DNA of 64,000 bases from the NCBI GenBank assembly GCA_964016885.1, contig OZ024740.1:84630001-84694000 (forward strand), in the 5' to 3' direction. This document shows, one piece after another, positions 38,127-51,400 of the stretch. The number at the start of each line of letters is the position of its first letter. Positions within the stretch are counted from its first letter, which is position 1. The position numbers were made by a program, and so were the translations under genes. This DNA comes from Eledone cirrhosa. Taxonomy: Eukaryota. The notes below the pieces were generated by a model that saw only the letters and a list, made by a program, of their open reading frames with translations, made no database searches and had not been told where the DNA came from.

Positions 38127-39433
38127 GTGTATGACATACTTTTAATCTTATTGATCATTCTGTAGTAGATCGCTGCTTAGATGCAGTAAACTGTTTTAGC
38201 GTTCAAGAAATATGTTTTCTTTTCATCTTTTAAAAAGAGGTTGGCTGCAGTGTTAGGAATCTTCAAATCGAAGTCCAATGTAGATGGGAAGCTCGTGTCA
38301 CCTCTGTGTTCCCATAGAACATTATGAGTCAGTTATTGAATCATTGAAGCTTTTAATTGTTTCCATTCAAATGAAAATGAAAAAGCAATGCATGAATGCT
38401 TATGATATAGTTATGGAGTCGTTTGCTGCAAGAGTCTCATGATCCACAAATTACTCTCTGTTCATGTAAAAATTTGTATTTATCACTTTCCGAGTTTGTG
38501 ATGAATGTTCGTGAAGATTTTGATGGAATTGAAGAAGTCAAGTCTAAATTACATAATGTGGAATATACGTGTTCAGGGAAAGAATGGGAAGAGGGGGATG
38601 AAATAAATGCATAATGATGAAGCTACGATTGGCGCAGGTGAAGAACTATCTCCAAGAGATCAATTTAGAGTAAAACCTTTTATTCCCATTGTGGATGCGC
38701 TACACCTGAATTTGTGTAAAAGAGTAAAGGTATATAATTATGTTGCAGAGAAATCTTCGTTTCTAGTAGATTTACATTCCTCAAAGGAGCAACTGTGTGA
38801 TGCAGTAACAGCAATTATTGAAGAATATCCTAACGGTATTGATATGAACCTTTTAGGTGAATTGAAACATTTTCATGTTTTTGTGAAGCAAAATTATTCA
38901 AACGATAAACATGTTAGCTACAAGTTTCTGTATCAAATAATCTACAAAGACAAAATTCAACAAGCTCTTCCAAACTTAAAAGGCATTTTATGGTTATTCC
39001 TATGTTTGATGGTTACAAATTACACAGGAGAAAGGTCCTTTTAACAGATAAAAAGAATAAAAAATGAACTTAGTCATCTGTGTATAGCAAGTGGCAAGTT
39101 ATGCTGCACTCCTTTCGATGAAATAATTCATGATTTTGCTAGAGAAAAATCAGGGGAAAGAATGTTTCAAATAAAAAGGTGATTATTATTAAATTTAGTT
39201 CTGTTTAATTATATGCACTGAATTTTTAAGGGCAGTAATTAGTTTTCTATGAAATAAATCAATTAATTAGTTGAAAGGAATAGTTTGTAACTAATTTAAT
39301 TTTGTAATCATTAATACATAATACGACTCGTAATCATGTGTAATTATTTTTGAAAAAGTTACCCGAATTCTTCGAGAGAAGGGCCTCAAATTTGATATAG
39401 CTTAGAGCCTCAGCAGGTGAAATTTCGACCATG
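36730..39433 (+). mobile_element. Decayed hAT transposon (ZMYM1-like transposase) with an internal (TA)n
   Basis: GFSGW..HEKTEIH; YFSLLVKSTPDLSHVD.L..I.YV..PVERFL.F; FLCLMVTNYTGERSF (hATC-like). The 3' end resembles hAT subterminal/TIR sequence; the left end was not found. Confidence 0.85.
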
Positions 39434-39434
39434 A

Positions 39435-39900
39435 TGCTAGGGACATTCACAGTCCTGTGAGCTGGGAAGTGGTTATCTTGCTGAGAAAGGATCCGAACAA
39501 GGGAGATGTAATAGATTTCAGCCCGTAATTCTACTTAACGCAGAGTTAAAGATTTTGACAACGGTGCTCGCCAAAAGTTTGGAGCTTGTCGTCGGAAGCA
39601 TAGTTGGGGACGCGCAACCATATGCAAACCCTCGCAGATATATCCGTGGTGATACACCGTAGACCGAGTTGGGATTAAACATATTTTCAGTGGTTAAACT
39701 ATATAACCATCTTTCGGAACCCTTTCGTATCTCACACTCAGTCCGTCAGGGATGCTCTCTTTCTTGACTCCTCTTTGTAATGGCTCGAGACACATTACTG
39801 AGAAAGATGGAAACTCTGAAATGCAATGCATCCCAATCAAACTGAGCAACAAGAGAATCCTGAATGCCAATGTTGATGACGTAATCGTCATGTTATCAGA
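39435..39900 (+). pseudogene. Old Tx1 RT fragment, continuation of 32560-32900
   Basis: VVILLRKDPNKGD..LLNAELKILTTVLAK.LELVVG..VGDAQ, and later NVDD. Confidence 0.8.
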
Positions 39901-40348
39901 GCTCAATATACCGGGACAAGGGATACTGGAATCTGTGCCTGGATCTAAGATCGAGAATCCGAATGGGCCAGGTAAAGATGTTGTTATGTGTGCCTGAAAC
40001 TCAGGAAAACAAGAATCGTGGCCAAAGATATTTCTACGGATGTTCATCCTTCGTTGGTTGTCATATTTACGAAACAATGGAGTGATAATTCAACAGATAC
40101 CTTTAGCTTCTAGTTGTCATTGATTTATTGTTATACTGATTAGGTTGTTACCGGTCGCTATGCCGTCGGTAAAAATATTTGATAATCATGTACGTACCTT
40201 CATAAATTATTCAAATAATGTTTAGATTGGCTTACTCGGTGAAGATTGCTAACGGTTTGAATACAATAACATTTATTTAAAATACTTTGTTTCATATTTT
40301 ACAGAATAAGTATAATCATTGAACAATCTTCTATATTATAAAAGAGAA

Positions 40349-40413
<65 letters not shown>

Positions 40414-41485
40414 GTCACACATATATGTAGGAGAGAAAGGGGAAGGAGTGAAAAGTTGTTGTTTTATGCAAATGGATGATTTGCACACAACAATGGAAAA
40501 CACCCTTGTGAACGTCAGAGAAAGCGTTTCCTAATGAAAGTTATTGAAATATGTCATTTTTATATTGACGTCACCGTATTGTTCAACTTGTCTTTATAGT
40601 GAAAGTCTTTTTTTTTAAATCTGTCGTCCTCACTTTCATTCTGACGTCATAAATAATCCATTTCTCTTTCATACTCTTTCTCTCTATCTCAGTGTTTCTC
40701 TTTCAACAACAACAACTTTTCACTCTTCCCCTTTTTTCCCATCCTTCTACATATATGTTGTGATTGACAGAGACAGAGAAATAGCTTCGCTTTGCAGAAT
40801 TGAATTAAGATTTTCATTTAGTGCAGAAATAATTCATAAGCTTTGTTTGATGAGTTTCAGTTGGGATCGTATAGTTTTATTATGACACCATATCGAATGA
40901 ATAGAAGTAAACATACACAGATATGTACGCCATGTCCGAAAACAGAGGGGCCAAACTCCCAGTCATCTCTTCCGTCCCTCTCGCCCTCCCCATCTCTCAC
41001 TACTATGAGCAAATGGGATCCCAAGTGCTGGCCGCCCCACGGCCCCGGCCGACAGAATAGAGAAGGCTTTCCCCGGAGAATGGAGAGGGAGATCCACTGG
41101 AAGAGCCATTCCAGCATGTGAGGTTTACACATGTGGTTAGCCAGCTCAGAGCTTATGGGGTGAGTAGGGCGGTAGCCATAGAGTCAAGGATACCAGAGGT
41201 TTCCACTGCTAGGGACTTGAATGCAAACCTGTCGGAGAGCGACCAATACTTGGAGAGAGAATATACAAAACAATGTGATGATATTTTCAGACTATGTAAT
41301 GAGCACTCCTTTTTTCTCTTTTAATTAATTTTTCTTTTGCCAGAACCCTCTGGAGAGAGAAAAACTGAAGGAGAAAAGCTGGCTACATAACATCCATAAC
41401 TTCCCTTGTTCTTATTGGAGGATTCAGCTGGATTGCTTGGCGTGTCTGAGGACTCTGTTCTTTCGTATAAGTGGGCGTAAGGAAC

Positions 41486-41543
41486 GAAGAAGAAGAAGAA
41501 GAAGAAGAAGAAGAAGAAGAAGAAGAAGAAGAAGAAGAAGAAG

Positions 41544-41572
<29 letters not shown>
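41486..41572. repeat. (GAA)n microsatellite
   Basis: Directly visible. The poly-E/R/S ORFs are artefacts. Confidence 0.95.
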
Positions 41573-41574
<2 letters not shown>

Positions 41575-41632
41575 TTTTCTTACTATTATTTTTCCTCTTT
41601 TTCTCCAGATCTCATGCATTTATGTATTCATT

Positions 41633-41694
<62 letters not shown>

Positions 41695-42139
41695 TATTTA
41701 CCTACCTACTACTTACTTTATTTCTAACCACACAATTTTTTTATGCCAATCCAACATCACATTTTCTTCATATACAATTTATGACTATCAACATGAAACA
41801 TTGTACATTGTCAGCAAAAGTTTCTAGTTTTCCTATCAATATTCAGTAGTTCTTAAGTATTCCAGTTAATGACACATGCACTCGTGACAGTGCATGGGTT
41901 GATGGCTGTGCTAGCATTTCTATTGTTGGGATGGGATTTATATATTTATCATCAGAGTGTTTTTCATTCTTTATTCTTTTAAGTCGTCAGATTCTAAATT
42001 TTCTAAATACATGTACTGGATTTTCTTATTGACTTGCATTGCTTCCCACCTGTCGGAAACTCAGTTCTTCAGATCTCAAACAATTTGCTCGTTTCATAGT
42101 AAAAATTCTACAATTATTAATTCCGCATCCCATTCTTGT

Positions 42140-42432
42140 GTGAAGGCGCGTGACTTTCTGGTTGGGAAATTCGGCTCACAATCATAAGGTCTTGAGTTCG
42201 ATTTCCAGCGGCGCGCTGTCTTTCAGCAAGACACTTTATTTCATGTTGCTCCAGTCCACTCAGCTAGCAAAAATGAGTTGTACCTGTAATTCGAAGGGCC
42301 AGCCTTGTCACATTCTGTTTTACGCTGAATCTCCTTGAGAACTCCATTAAGGGTACGCGTGTTTGTGGAATGCTCAGCGGGTTAATTTCGTGAGCAGGCT
42401 GTTCTGTTGATCGTATTAACTGGGACACTTTA
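42140..42432 (+). mobile_element. SINE of the second family, TSD atcccattctt
   Basis: tRNA-like head (gagttcgatttcc), core gcaagacactttatttcatgttgctccagtccactcagct, and an 11 bp flanking direct repeat. Confidence 0.75.
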
Positions 42433-42540
42433 ATCCCATTCTTATGTCATCCACAAATAGTCGTATGCTCTTCACCAGTTTGTCGTTTTTCCTTCTTACC
42501 GAATATTTTCTAACAATCCTTGTATGATGGGGTTGAGAGA

Positions 42541-42760
42541 GCGGTGGTTTGGCAGTATTGGTCGTGTGTCGAACACCCTGCTTTGTGGCATATATTTACG
42601 GCCATTTACGTTCTGAGTTCAAATCCTGCCAGGGTTAGCTTTGTCTTTACATCATTATGGGGTCGATAAAATAAAGCACCAGTCACGCACTGGGTCGATT
42701 TAATCGACTTTCCCCTTCCCCCAAATTGTTGACCTTGTGTCTATAGTAGAAATCATTATT
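42541..42760 (+). mobile_element. OK-like SINE, long and more diverged form
   Basis: Homologous to the other copies. Confidence 0.88.
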
Positions 42761-42817
42761 TTCTTGTTTTCGTAGTATTGATTTGCTGTTAGCTACCGGT
42801 ATTGTTCTTAGATACAA

Positions 42818-43885
42818 TCAGGCTCCATTTCGGAGCTTCCAGGCTATCTCCATCACTTTTCTGATTATCCTAACGGTGCCAAGTAGATAGGTCTTTTGCA
42901 CAGGCTCTATAACAAGATCAAATCTAATTTGGTGTAAATATTTAGAAAGATTATCTGTTACACATCCTAGTGCTCCTATAATCATTGGTACCAGTTTTAC
43001 CTTATTTACTTCAATACTTTCAACATTTTGTTTGAGGTCATTGTAGTAGTTTTTCTTCTTTTTTCCTGTATCTTTTATTCTCATGTCAAAAAGGTAGGCT
43101 ACGTCCACAAAGTATTTCTTTTCTTTCTTGATTATCAACACTATATCTGGTTTGTGATCAATATTTGTTTCCGGTTCTATAGTAATATCCCATAGAATTT
43201 CAACACGTTCATCTCTTTTGTCACCAAATGGCCATAATGTTTCTTTCTCTACAATTAAAACCGAACTCTTTACATAGTCACCAATGTTTTACTGTAGCCA
43301 CTTTACCATATCTCCATGTTTTATATTAATTCTGAGCCAGCTGTGAGCATTCTGCGACAATACCGCTAATTATCTCATCCGCCTTCCCCCACATTCTACA
43401 AATTGGAGATGTACCACCTTACCACCTTATCCACAATGAGTTTGATCCAATTTGTCTTTATCGCCCGGTCTTGGGTTGCCATAATCAAACCCTCTGTTTC
43501 TTCTTCAGATATCCTCTTTGTAACCATGTCCAAGTGTCTTTATCATTTCTGACATCATCTCTTGTATTTTTTTCATAGGCAAGGATTTTGCTTTTCTTGT
43601 GGCCTTCCGTTCTGTAGCTATTTCGGCTTTCGTTTTCTTTGAATCACCCTTTCTATCGTTGATTTCTTTCTTTAAGATCTTTTCCTTTAATATCTCCTTT
43701 AACAACTTTTCTTGATTTCTTTTCCTAGGTACTCACTCAAGGTTACTTTCTCAACTGAAACTATCTCCTTGCTGTTAATCAGTCCATTGGAGCCTTCTGC
43801 TCTTCTCACGTAGAGTCGATCAACATCACTCTGGGAGTGCAATCCCCGATATATATTCAGCATATTTCTTATTTTCCTAACTATG
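42818..43885 (-). pseudogene. Older R4/Dong 3' fragment (post-RT, zinc knuckle, RLE)
   Basis: SDVDRLYVRRAEG, VDVAYLFD, VPMIIGALG, QKTYLLGTVRI. Confidence 0.85.
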
Positions 43886-43889
43886 TTCA

Positions 43890-46800
43890 TTATTGTTATT
43901 ATTATTATTGTTGTTATTCCTTGAATCTCAGTCATTGATGTTGGTTAACTGGAAAGTCCGTTGGATTGAATATCAAGCCACTACCTGCAGCCTCAGATAT
44001 TCAGGACGTATCGGAGGGTTCTTGCTGTTCCAAGCAAGCATGCCTTTTGAAGCGTTCCAAAAAGCGTGAAGGGGCCGATTTTCTTTAACCATCCCTGGAA
44101 ACTTTTGGAGATAGTCCCCAGTGCGCCTATGACAATCGGGATCACTTTGACTTCATGGCAGTTCCAAATCCTTTTCACCTCCCACTTTAGGTCCTGGCAT
44201 CGGTTAATTTTCTCCCTCTCCTTCTCTTGCACTCTCGTGTCGAACGGGCAGGCCACATCCACAATCAGACACGATCTTTTTTCTTTGTCCACAACCACCA
44301 GGTCAGGTCTATTGTGTTCCAGTTTTTTGTCCGTCTGTATCCTAAAATCCCACAGCACCTTCACCTGATTGTTCTCCATCACCGCCTCTGGCCTATGCTC
44401 ATACCATTTCTCAGAATGTGGTAAATTGTTTACTTTGCACAGGTGCCAGTGGATCACCCTGCCCATCACATCGTGTCTCCAGCCCTTATAGTGGGTCTGG
44501 GCTAGGTGTTTACACTCGGACACAATGTGAGCCACAGTCTCCTCTCTCTCTCCACAGATCCTGCACAGTGGGCTAGCCTCCTCCTTGTAGATATGGTGCT
44601 TCAACCACTTCGTTTTGAGGGCCTGCTCCTGCGCAGCCATTAGCATTCCTTCTGTAGCCTTTTTGAGGTCTCCTCTTCTCAACCAGTTCCATGTCTGTGG
44701 ATCTCTAAATTCAGTTTTCTCAAAGAAGGTACTATGAAGGGATTTTCCCTTAAGGCTGCTCTTCCTCCTTGATGTTATTTCCTCCTTGGACATCCCCTGG
44801 CCTACTGTCCCCTCCTTCAGTACAGTTCTGAGCATTGGCTCCTTACTATAGGTCACGTATTTGTATAGGTTGTTTTTCTCCATCTGAACACAGTCCTCTA
44901 TGCTGATAAGACCTCTTCCACCCTCAGATCTCCTTAGGTAGAGTCTATCGACATCACTCCTCTTGTGGAACATGTTGTAGATAGTCAATAGCTTCCTAGT
45001 CTTCCTATCCATTTCTTTTTGTTCAGCAACATTCCATCTCAGAATTCCCGCACTGTACCTAGTAATAGACACAGCTCGGGAATTTACTGCGCTTATGGCA
45101 TTTCTGCTGTTCAGATGTGACTTCAATACGCTCCTTACTCTCCGAATGTATTCAGTTCTTAACAATTCCTTCATTTTTTTGTTCTTTATGCCATCAGCCT
45201 CCAGAACGCCCAAATACTTGTATCCTTCCTCAGAGTCAATTTCCTTTATCATCTCACCTGTTGGTATCTGGATCCCGTTACTTCTGCTCAACCTACCCCT
45301 CTTCATCACAATGACTCCACATTTACCAATACCAAACTGCATACATATATCACTGCTGAAAATACGGACAGTGTCAACAAGCACATCCAACTCCTTCTCA
45401 CTTTTCCCGAAGAGCTTAAGATCGTCCATGAAGAGGAGGTGATTGATGGTAAGCTCTCCCCTTCCCAACTTGTATCCTGCTCTCACTTTTCGCAGCATAA
45501 TGGTCAAGGGCATCAGGGCAAGGACAAACAACAGAGGGGACAGGCTATCTCCCTGGAAGATACCTCTCTTGATCTTCACGCTTCCCAAGGATACTCCAGT
45601 TGATGTCAACTCTGTCTCCCAGGACCCCATACTCCTGCCTAGCAACTGTCTGATGTTATCTGCCACCCTGAAGATCTCCAGGCTTTTGGTGATCCAGGAA
45701 TGAGGCACCATGTCAAATGCCTTTCTGTAGTCTATCCATCCCATGGCAAGATCAGTGTGTCTCCTCCTGCAGTTCCCCATTACCATCTTATCAATAAGCA
45801 ACTGGTCCTTTGTACCACGTGACTTCTTTCGGCATCCTTTCTGTTCGTCCGGTAACAAGTTGTTTGTGTGGAGGTGATGGTAGATTTCCTCAGACACAAT
45901 GCTCGTCAACAGTTTCCACATTACGGACAGACATGTGATAGGTCTATAGTTGGTAACATCATTACCCTTGATTCGGTCTTTCATTATCAGAACTGTGGTA
46001 CCTTTTGTCAACCACTCTGGCACCTCACCCGACACCAAGCAGTCATTGAACATGGCCGTCAGCTTCGGGTGGAGGGATGTTAAATGTTTAATCCATTACC
46101 CCTGCACACCATCTGGGCCTGGTGATTTCCAGTTGGTTAGTTTTTTGGCCTGCCCCTTAAGAGTTTCAACTGTGATACTCAAATCAGTTTGTTGCTGTGC
46201 CTGCTCACCGATCTCCCTCTGTACTGTCTCAATCCACCCTGCCTGGGCATTGTGTCTAACATCCTGCTCCCATATTCCTCTCCAGAATGTTTTAGTTTGC
46301 TCCGCCCCAGGGATCAAGTCGTTGCCTCTTTCTTTCCCCTCAAGCTGTCCAAACAGCATCTTCTGGTTGTTGTCGAACATGCGGTTCTGTTTATACTGAC
46401 TGACTCTGTTCTCGTATCGCCTGATTTTTGCACTCTTTGCTACAATGCGTTGCTTCAGTTCCTCTATGATAATATTTAGCTTTTTCCTCCTAGTTTTGTA
46501 TTTTATTTCCAGTCTATTTTTAGTGTCTATGTTTTTTAGTGTCCCATTCAGTAGTGACTCAAGCTTTCCTATGTCATTTCTCATTTCCCCGATTTGCCCA
46601 CTCAGTCGCTTCTTCCACCAAGGCTCTGCTCTTTCTTGTCTGTTGTTTCCTCTCGCTTTTATACCAAGTAGTTTCCTCACCGTATTTGCTGTTGCTTTGA
46701 GGATATTGTTGCACTGGTGAAGGCTCCTCACCTCAAGGTATGGGATGACTTTGTTTACCTTAGCTGTTGTTTCTTTTAACTTTTTCCTGTCTACAAATCT

Positions 46801-48430
46801 TAGGTTCATAGGTCTCCCACTATCATTGTTCAATTCATCTACCACTAAATTTAGGATGTCAACCGAATCTTGTCCTAGCCCGTCAGCATTCATCTCCTCA
46901 GTGGCCGTATCTCTGTTCCAGGTATTATTTATCTCAGTATTCAGATCATTGTCTGCTTCGGGTGGTTTCTCCGTTCTCAGGACCTCTTCACCTTCATTTC
47001 CCACTGGCTCACTTGTCTGGCATACTACACCCGCCATCTCCAAGCCATTCTCTCTGCTCAGTTCCTCCAGTTCCAGCTCGCTTATCCATCCATTAGTTCT
47101 TATTACCCGAGCCTGCCCGGCCAATTTTTGTTCATCTAATTTAAATAAACCAATCTCGTTCCAGATGTTATGCATCCGTCTCCTGTAGCCCCCTCTCCTT
47201 GGGGTTACTTTTCAGGTAACATTGCATAACAGTTCTATTCAATTCTTTCGTCCAGTTGGTTCTGGCCCCTTTCCTTCTTCTCCTTCCTCCAACATCAGCA
47301 GTATTTGGTTGACAGTCAGGTTCCTGCTGCTGAGCCAGGGGGCACCTGTTGGGTGAGAGTCTGTCACATGACGTTCTAGTCTCCATTTCACCGTTATTCG
47401 AACTGTTTATGTTCGATATTTAAACACTCTTATCGAGGATTGGCGAATGTATGGTTACATATCCATCTGTGGATCCGCCATTCCACTTGGCCCTTGTGTG
47501 GCATTATCACCACGCTGTATACGAACACACATAAACAAACAAACACACAGGCAGAAAGGGCCCCAAAAATGAATAAGCATAAGTTTCATTGTAATGTAGT
47601 GTTCGAATGTCTGACTTAGTTTTTGTTTTTTAAGTTTTAGTTTTTCCCCCCTCTTCTCTGTCCGTCCGCCTGCTTCTCTCTTCATTCTTATTTTCTTTAC
47701 GTTTTGGGTTTTTTTTTTTTTTTTTGTTTTTGTTTTTCTCTGTTTGTTTTTCTCGTTTTTTGCTGTTGTTGCTGTGCTGCTTTGGTTTTGTTGTTTGTTT
47801 TTTCTTTTTTCTTTTGAGTCTATCTATATATTTTGATCCCTTCCTCTTTTTTAGCAGTAGGGATTCTATAATGTGGTGGCAGCAGCCAGCTAAAAGAAGA
47901 AGTGGGAGACTGGCGGCGGTAGCGATACTGAGACAGTGGTGGTGGTGATGTCGATACCGAGGCAGTGGTGGCGGTGATGTGACCGTATTACTGTAGTGAT
48001 GGTGCTGTAGCGGTGGTAGCAGTGAAGGAGTGAAGGGGTGGTGGCGGCGGTGATGGGATAATGGTTGTAATGATGGCCGTAGTGAGCGGTGGTGGTTTAG
48101 TGTACACAGGTGATGGGGTGGGTGGTGTATCTAGTTTCTGGTGCTGGTGAGTTTGGCTGTTCTATATAGTGTAGACAGAGGAGGAGGGGGGGGTTTCTTC
48201 TTCCATTTATAGCCATTTTCTTTTTTGGATATACAGTGTACAATACAAAGTTGAATATTTGAATATTTGAGCCTTATAACAATATATTTTGGGTCCGAAT
48301 TTTTTGGGGCTCAAGCCGGGTGCTTTACGTAGCATTTGTACTAAGAGTTGTTATTTCACAAATGATTTAAATATGTTAAAAATTCAAAACTTACGGGAGC
48401 GATTTCATGACCTCCGTCACCTCGTGCGTC

Positions 48431-48431
<1 letters not shown>
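43890..48431 (-). mobile_element. R4/Dong-clade RLE non-LTR retrotransposon, copy 1, near full-length, with TAA-rich tail and about 1 kb 5' leader
   Basis: Single-ORF RT/zinc knuckle/RLE architecture; TAA-rich repeats at both ends, the established Dong target. Confidence 0.92.
43993..47386 (-). pseudogene. Dong copy 1 polyprotein (RT, CCHC, PD-(D/E)xK RLE); one frameshift near 47190 and one in-frame TAA at 46096
   Basis: KSPGPDG, YRPITCL, IDYRKAFD, GIFQGDSLSP, FMDD, CRICG..ETVAHIVSEC, RHD, RPDLVV..IVDVACP..EK. Confidence 0.93.

Positions 48432-48432
<1 letters not shown>

Positions 48433-48493
<61 letters not shown>
48433..48493. repeat. (TTA)n tract between the 5' ends of Dong copy 1 and Tx1-C
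   Basis: Directly visible. Confidence 0.95.
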
Positions 48494-51400
48494 GGCGACC
48501 TACGTAGGAAATCGTATCATCGTGAGCTCCGCAAAGGTTTGTTGTTTTCGTTTGTTTAAAATTGCCATTTATGGAACATTTTTGTTGTTAACTATTTATA
48601 AGGTCACAAAATTTGCTTTCAGAAAAGGACACTCAAAAAGATTGGGACCTTGAGCCCAAAATTTAAACTTTATAATTATCAAACAAAATAAAATTTCTTT
48701 GAAAAAAATCATGGACAGTCACACCTTCCTCAAAAACTAACACCTCACACCGACACCACCATTGTAAATATTACTACGTTTGCCAACAATAAAAATATAA
48801 GCAGTAGCAATAATTTAAATTTGTCTCATGCAGACATTCATTTCCCGCCATTACCAATGACTGCAGGTGTTGAAGCCGCCACCCCCACCACCACCACAAC
48901 GACAACAGTAATAAAAGAAAAAAATAAATTATCTGGTGACATCGAAAGGGATTCACCCAGAATGGACTCTTCCACACCGAACACCACTGACAACTGAAAC
49001 TAAAAATAACAATAACAAAAATAACGATAACAACAACAGCAGCAACAACAATGAGAATAACAACAAAAACATCAACACCACCGCAAATGTGTCGTTTGCC
49101 AAAGCAGCCAAGAAATGCGAAACAAGGAGGAATTAAAGAGAATGCCAAGAGAATGGTAAAGAAAGATGGGTACAGGGTCAGCCTCTCTCACCCACCCCAC
49201 GTCCCCACCCCCACCTAATAAAATGGAGCATCGGCGCCTATGCACCGTGTCTTATCGGACGATTAACAAAAAATCGCGCCGAGTGGAACGGGCATCCGAG
49301 TCCCAAATCCAAAAAACTTTGGGACATCTATGGGCGGAAAAAACCCACATCAGGCGTGGGCAGAAATATGGAACCGTGGACGTGTTCTTTGGAACACCAC
49401 AGGAAGCCAGAGAGCACTCCATGGCTCCATTAAGAAGCGACGACTTCACACTCGTCCCAAGCTATTGTGGCCAGAGACTCGTGAAGATGAGGGTGACCCA
49501 CGTTCCATTAGCCATCGAAATTCCCTGGCTAATGGCTGCCGTCCTCGTCGGCATCGAGCCCAACACCAAAATAATTGAAATATCAAAAGAAAAGCAGGAG
49601 AACTAGTCCGGATCTGGGATGGAGCTCCTGATCCAAGCGGACCAAAAAAGCATTGAGGAAATCCCAGAGGTAATAGACCTCACTGACTGCATCCACCTCA
49701 CCGTAATCGTTGAGGGTAGAAGGCCTAGGTGTGTCGTTTGTGGTGAAGGCACCCACCTAAGGGCTTTCTGTCCTCAGGCTAAAAAGTTGAGGCCACCTCT
49801 CTTACCCAGCCCAGTGACTCAACCATCAACACCACCAGCAGCAGAAATGGCAGCAACAACGGTAGCAGCAAATACTGAAGCAACCGTAGCAGCACCAACC
49901 CCAGCAACAGTAGCAAAACGAACACCACCACCAACCAACGCGCCAGAACTAGCACCAGCGCCTACACCATCCACCACGCCACAACAAAAACCAACGCCTG
50001 TGGAGGATTTTCCACTCCCCGAACTATCGCAACTGTAGACAGATTGTGACGACGAGGAGTGGGAAACTATCAGGAAAAAAGAAAAAAGGAAAAAAAAGCC
50101 AAAAAAGAAAAAATCCTCTTCCTTCCCCCTCCAAAAACAAAACACAGAGGAAAACAAATAAACTATCAAACAAAAAAGTTAGGACAGCTATGCCACCATC
50201 CACACCAGCATCACCAACCCCATCACCACAAACACCAACACCATCACCATCATTAACCCCAACACAACCAACACCACAAAAGTCAGCAAAAAGCGAAACA
50301 GAAACAAACCCAGAACAAACGCAAACAAAACAAAACAACCAACGCGATTCACACTACACAGCATTAAATTTGAACAACAACCAATTATTACACTACATCC
50401 AAAACAACACCAGCATCACAGAAAAAGACTACACAACAACCCAAAAGTTCACACCACCTCCACACATACAAATCACTCGCATCACACAGAAAACGTACAC
50501 GACACTAAAACAAAAATTCCCCAAAGACATCGGAGACTTCCGACAAGCACTCTTCAGTAGGATTTATAAGAACATCCATCCGGAGGAGGCCACAAGCAGT
50601 GAAAAGGATGGAGAAACCATGCCTCCTCTACGAGAAGTAAGGTAAGTGGTCTTTCCCATCTTTTCCACTCCTTTTCAACATGACCTCTCTCAGAATAGGC
50701 AGCATAAATGCGCATCTGTGTACGCATCTCCCAGCCGTCCGGGATCGGGGGTAGGAGTTGCTGTGCTTTTTCGGAGAGGTTTGAATCTCGCCATACGGGC
50801 CATCTTCCTGGACCCAGAAGGTAAATTGGTGGTGCTGGACGTGACCAGCGGAGACGGGCAAGCTTTCAGGCTAGTGGCCGTCTATGCCCCGACAGGAGCA
50901 GGGTGGCCTGATTTCTTCCGGCGTCTGGAGACCTTTCGTGAGACGTCCCGCTCTTTAGTGTTAGTGGGCGACTGGAACGGGATCTTAGATGCACGCTGGG
51001 ACTGTGTGGGATTAGCGGATAGGGAAGGAGGATGCAAGAGCCTCACCAACCAGCTCAGGCGTTTTGAACTCTCTGACAGGTACCGATTGGATTTCCCGAA
51101 TGTGCCAATGTGGACTTGGACAAACCTTATCGGGTCATCCAGATCATATCTAGATAGAGTATTTTGTAGGGAAATAGATAGGTCTAGCATAGGCTGTCCA
51201 CAATTCAAGATAGTCAGCTACATCTGTGTGCTTGACTTAGATAGGCTTCATAGACGAGGACCAGGCTACTGGAAGCTAAACACATCTTTACCAGCGCGCA
51301 ATGCCTACAGAGACCGGATTAGAGAACTAGTTAAGCAAGCGTTGACGGGGGCCATCGTCAACAACAAGTGGTGGTTTGCTCTGAAAAGAGCGATTAGAAT

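Noticed and set aside
44066-47188. Plus-strand ORFs opposite Dong, and similar antisense ORFs over the Tx1 and PLE-2 elements
   Set aside because: They are shadow frames of the transposon coding strands.
47385-47530. HDV-like ribozyme in the Dong 5' UTR (tcctcg, cgaa, and ttcacc/ggtgaa pairing in both copies)
   Set aside because: I could not build P1, P1.1 and P3 consistently by eye; a descriptor search is needed.
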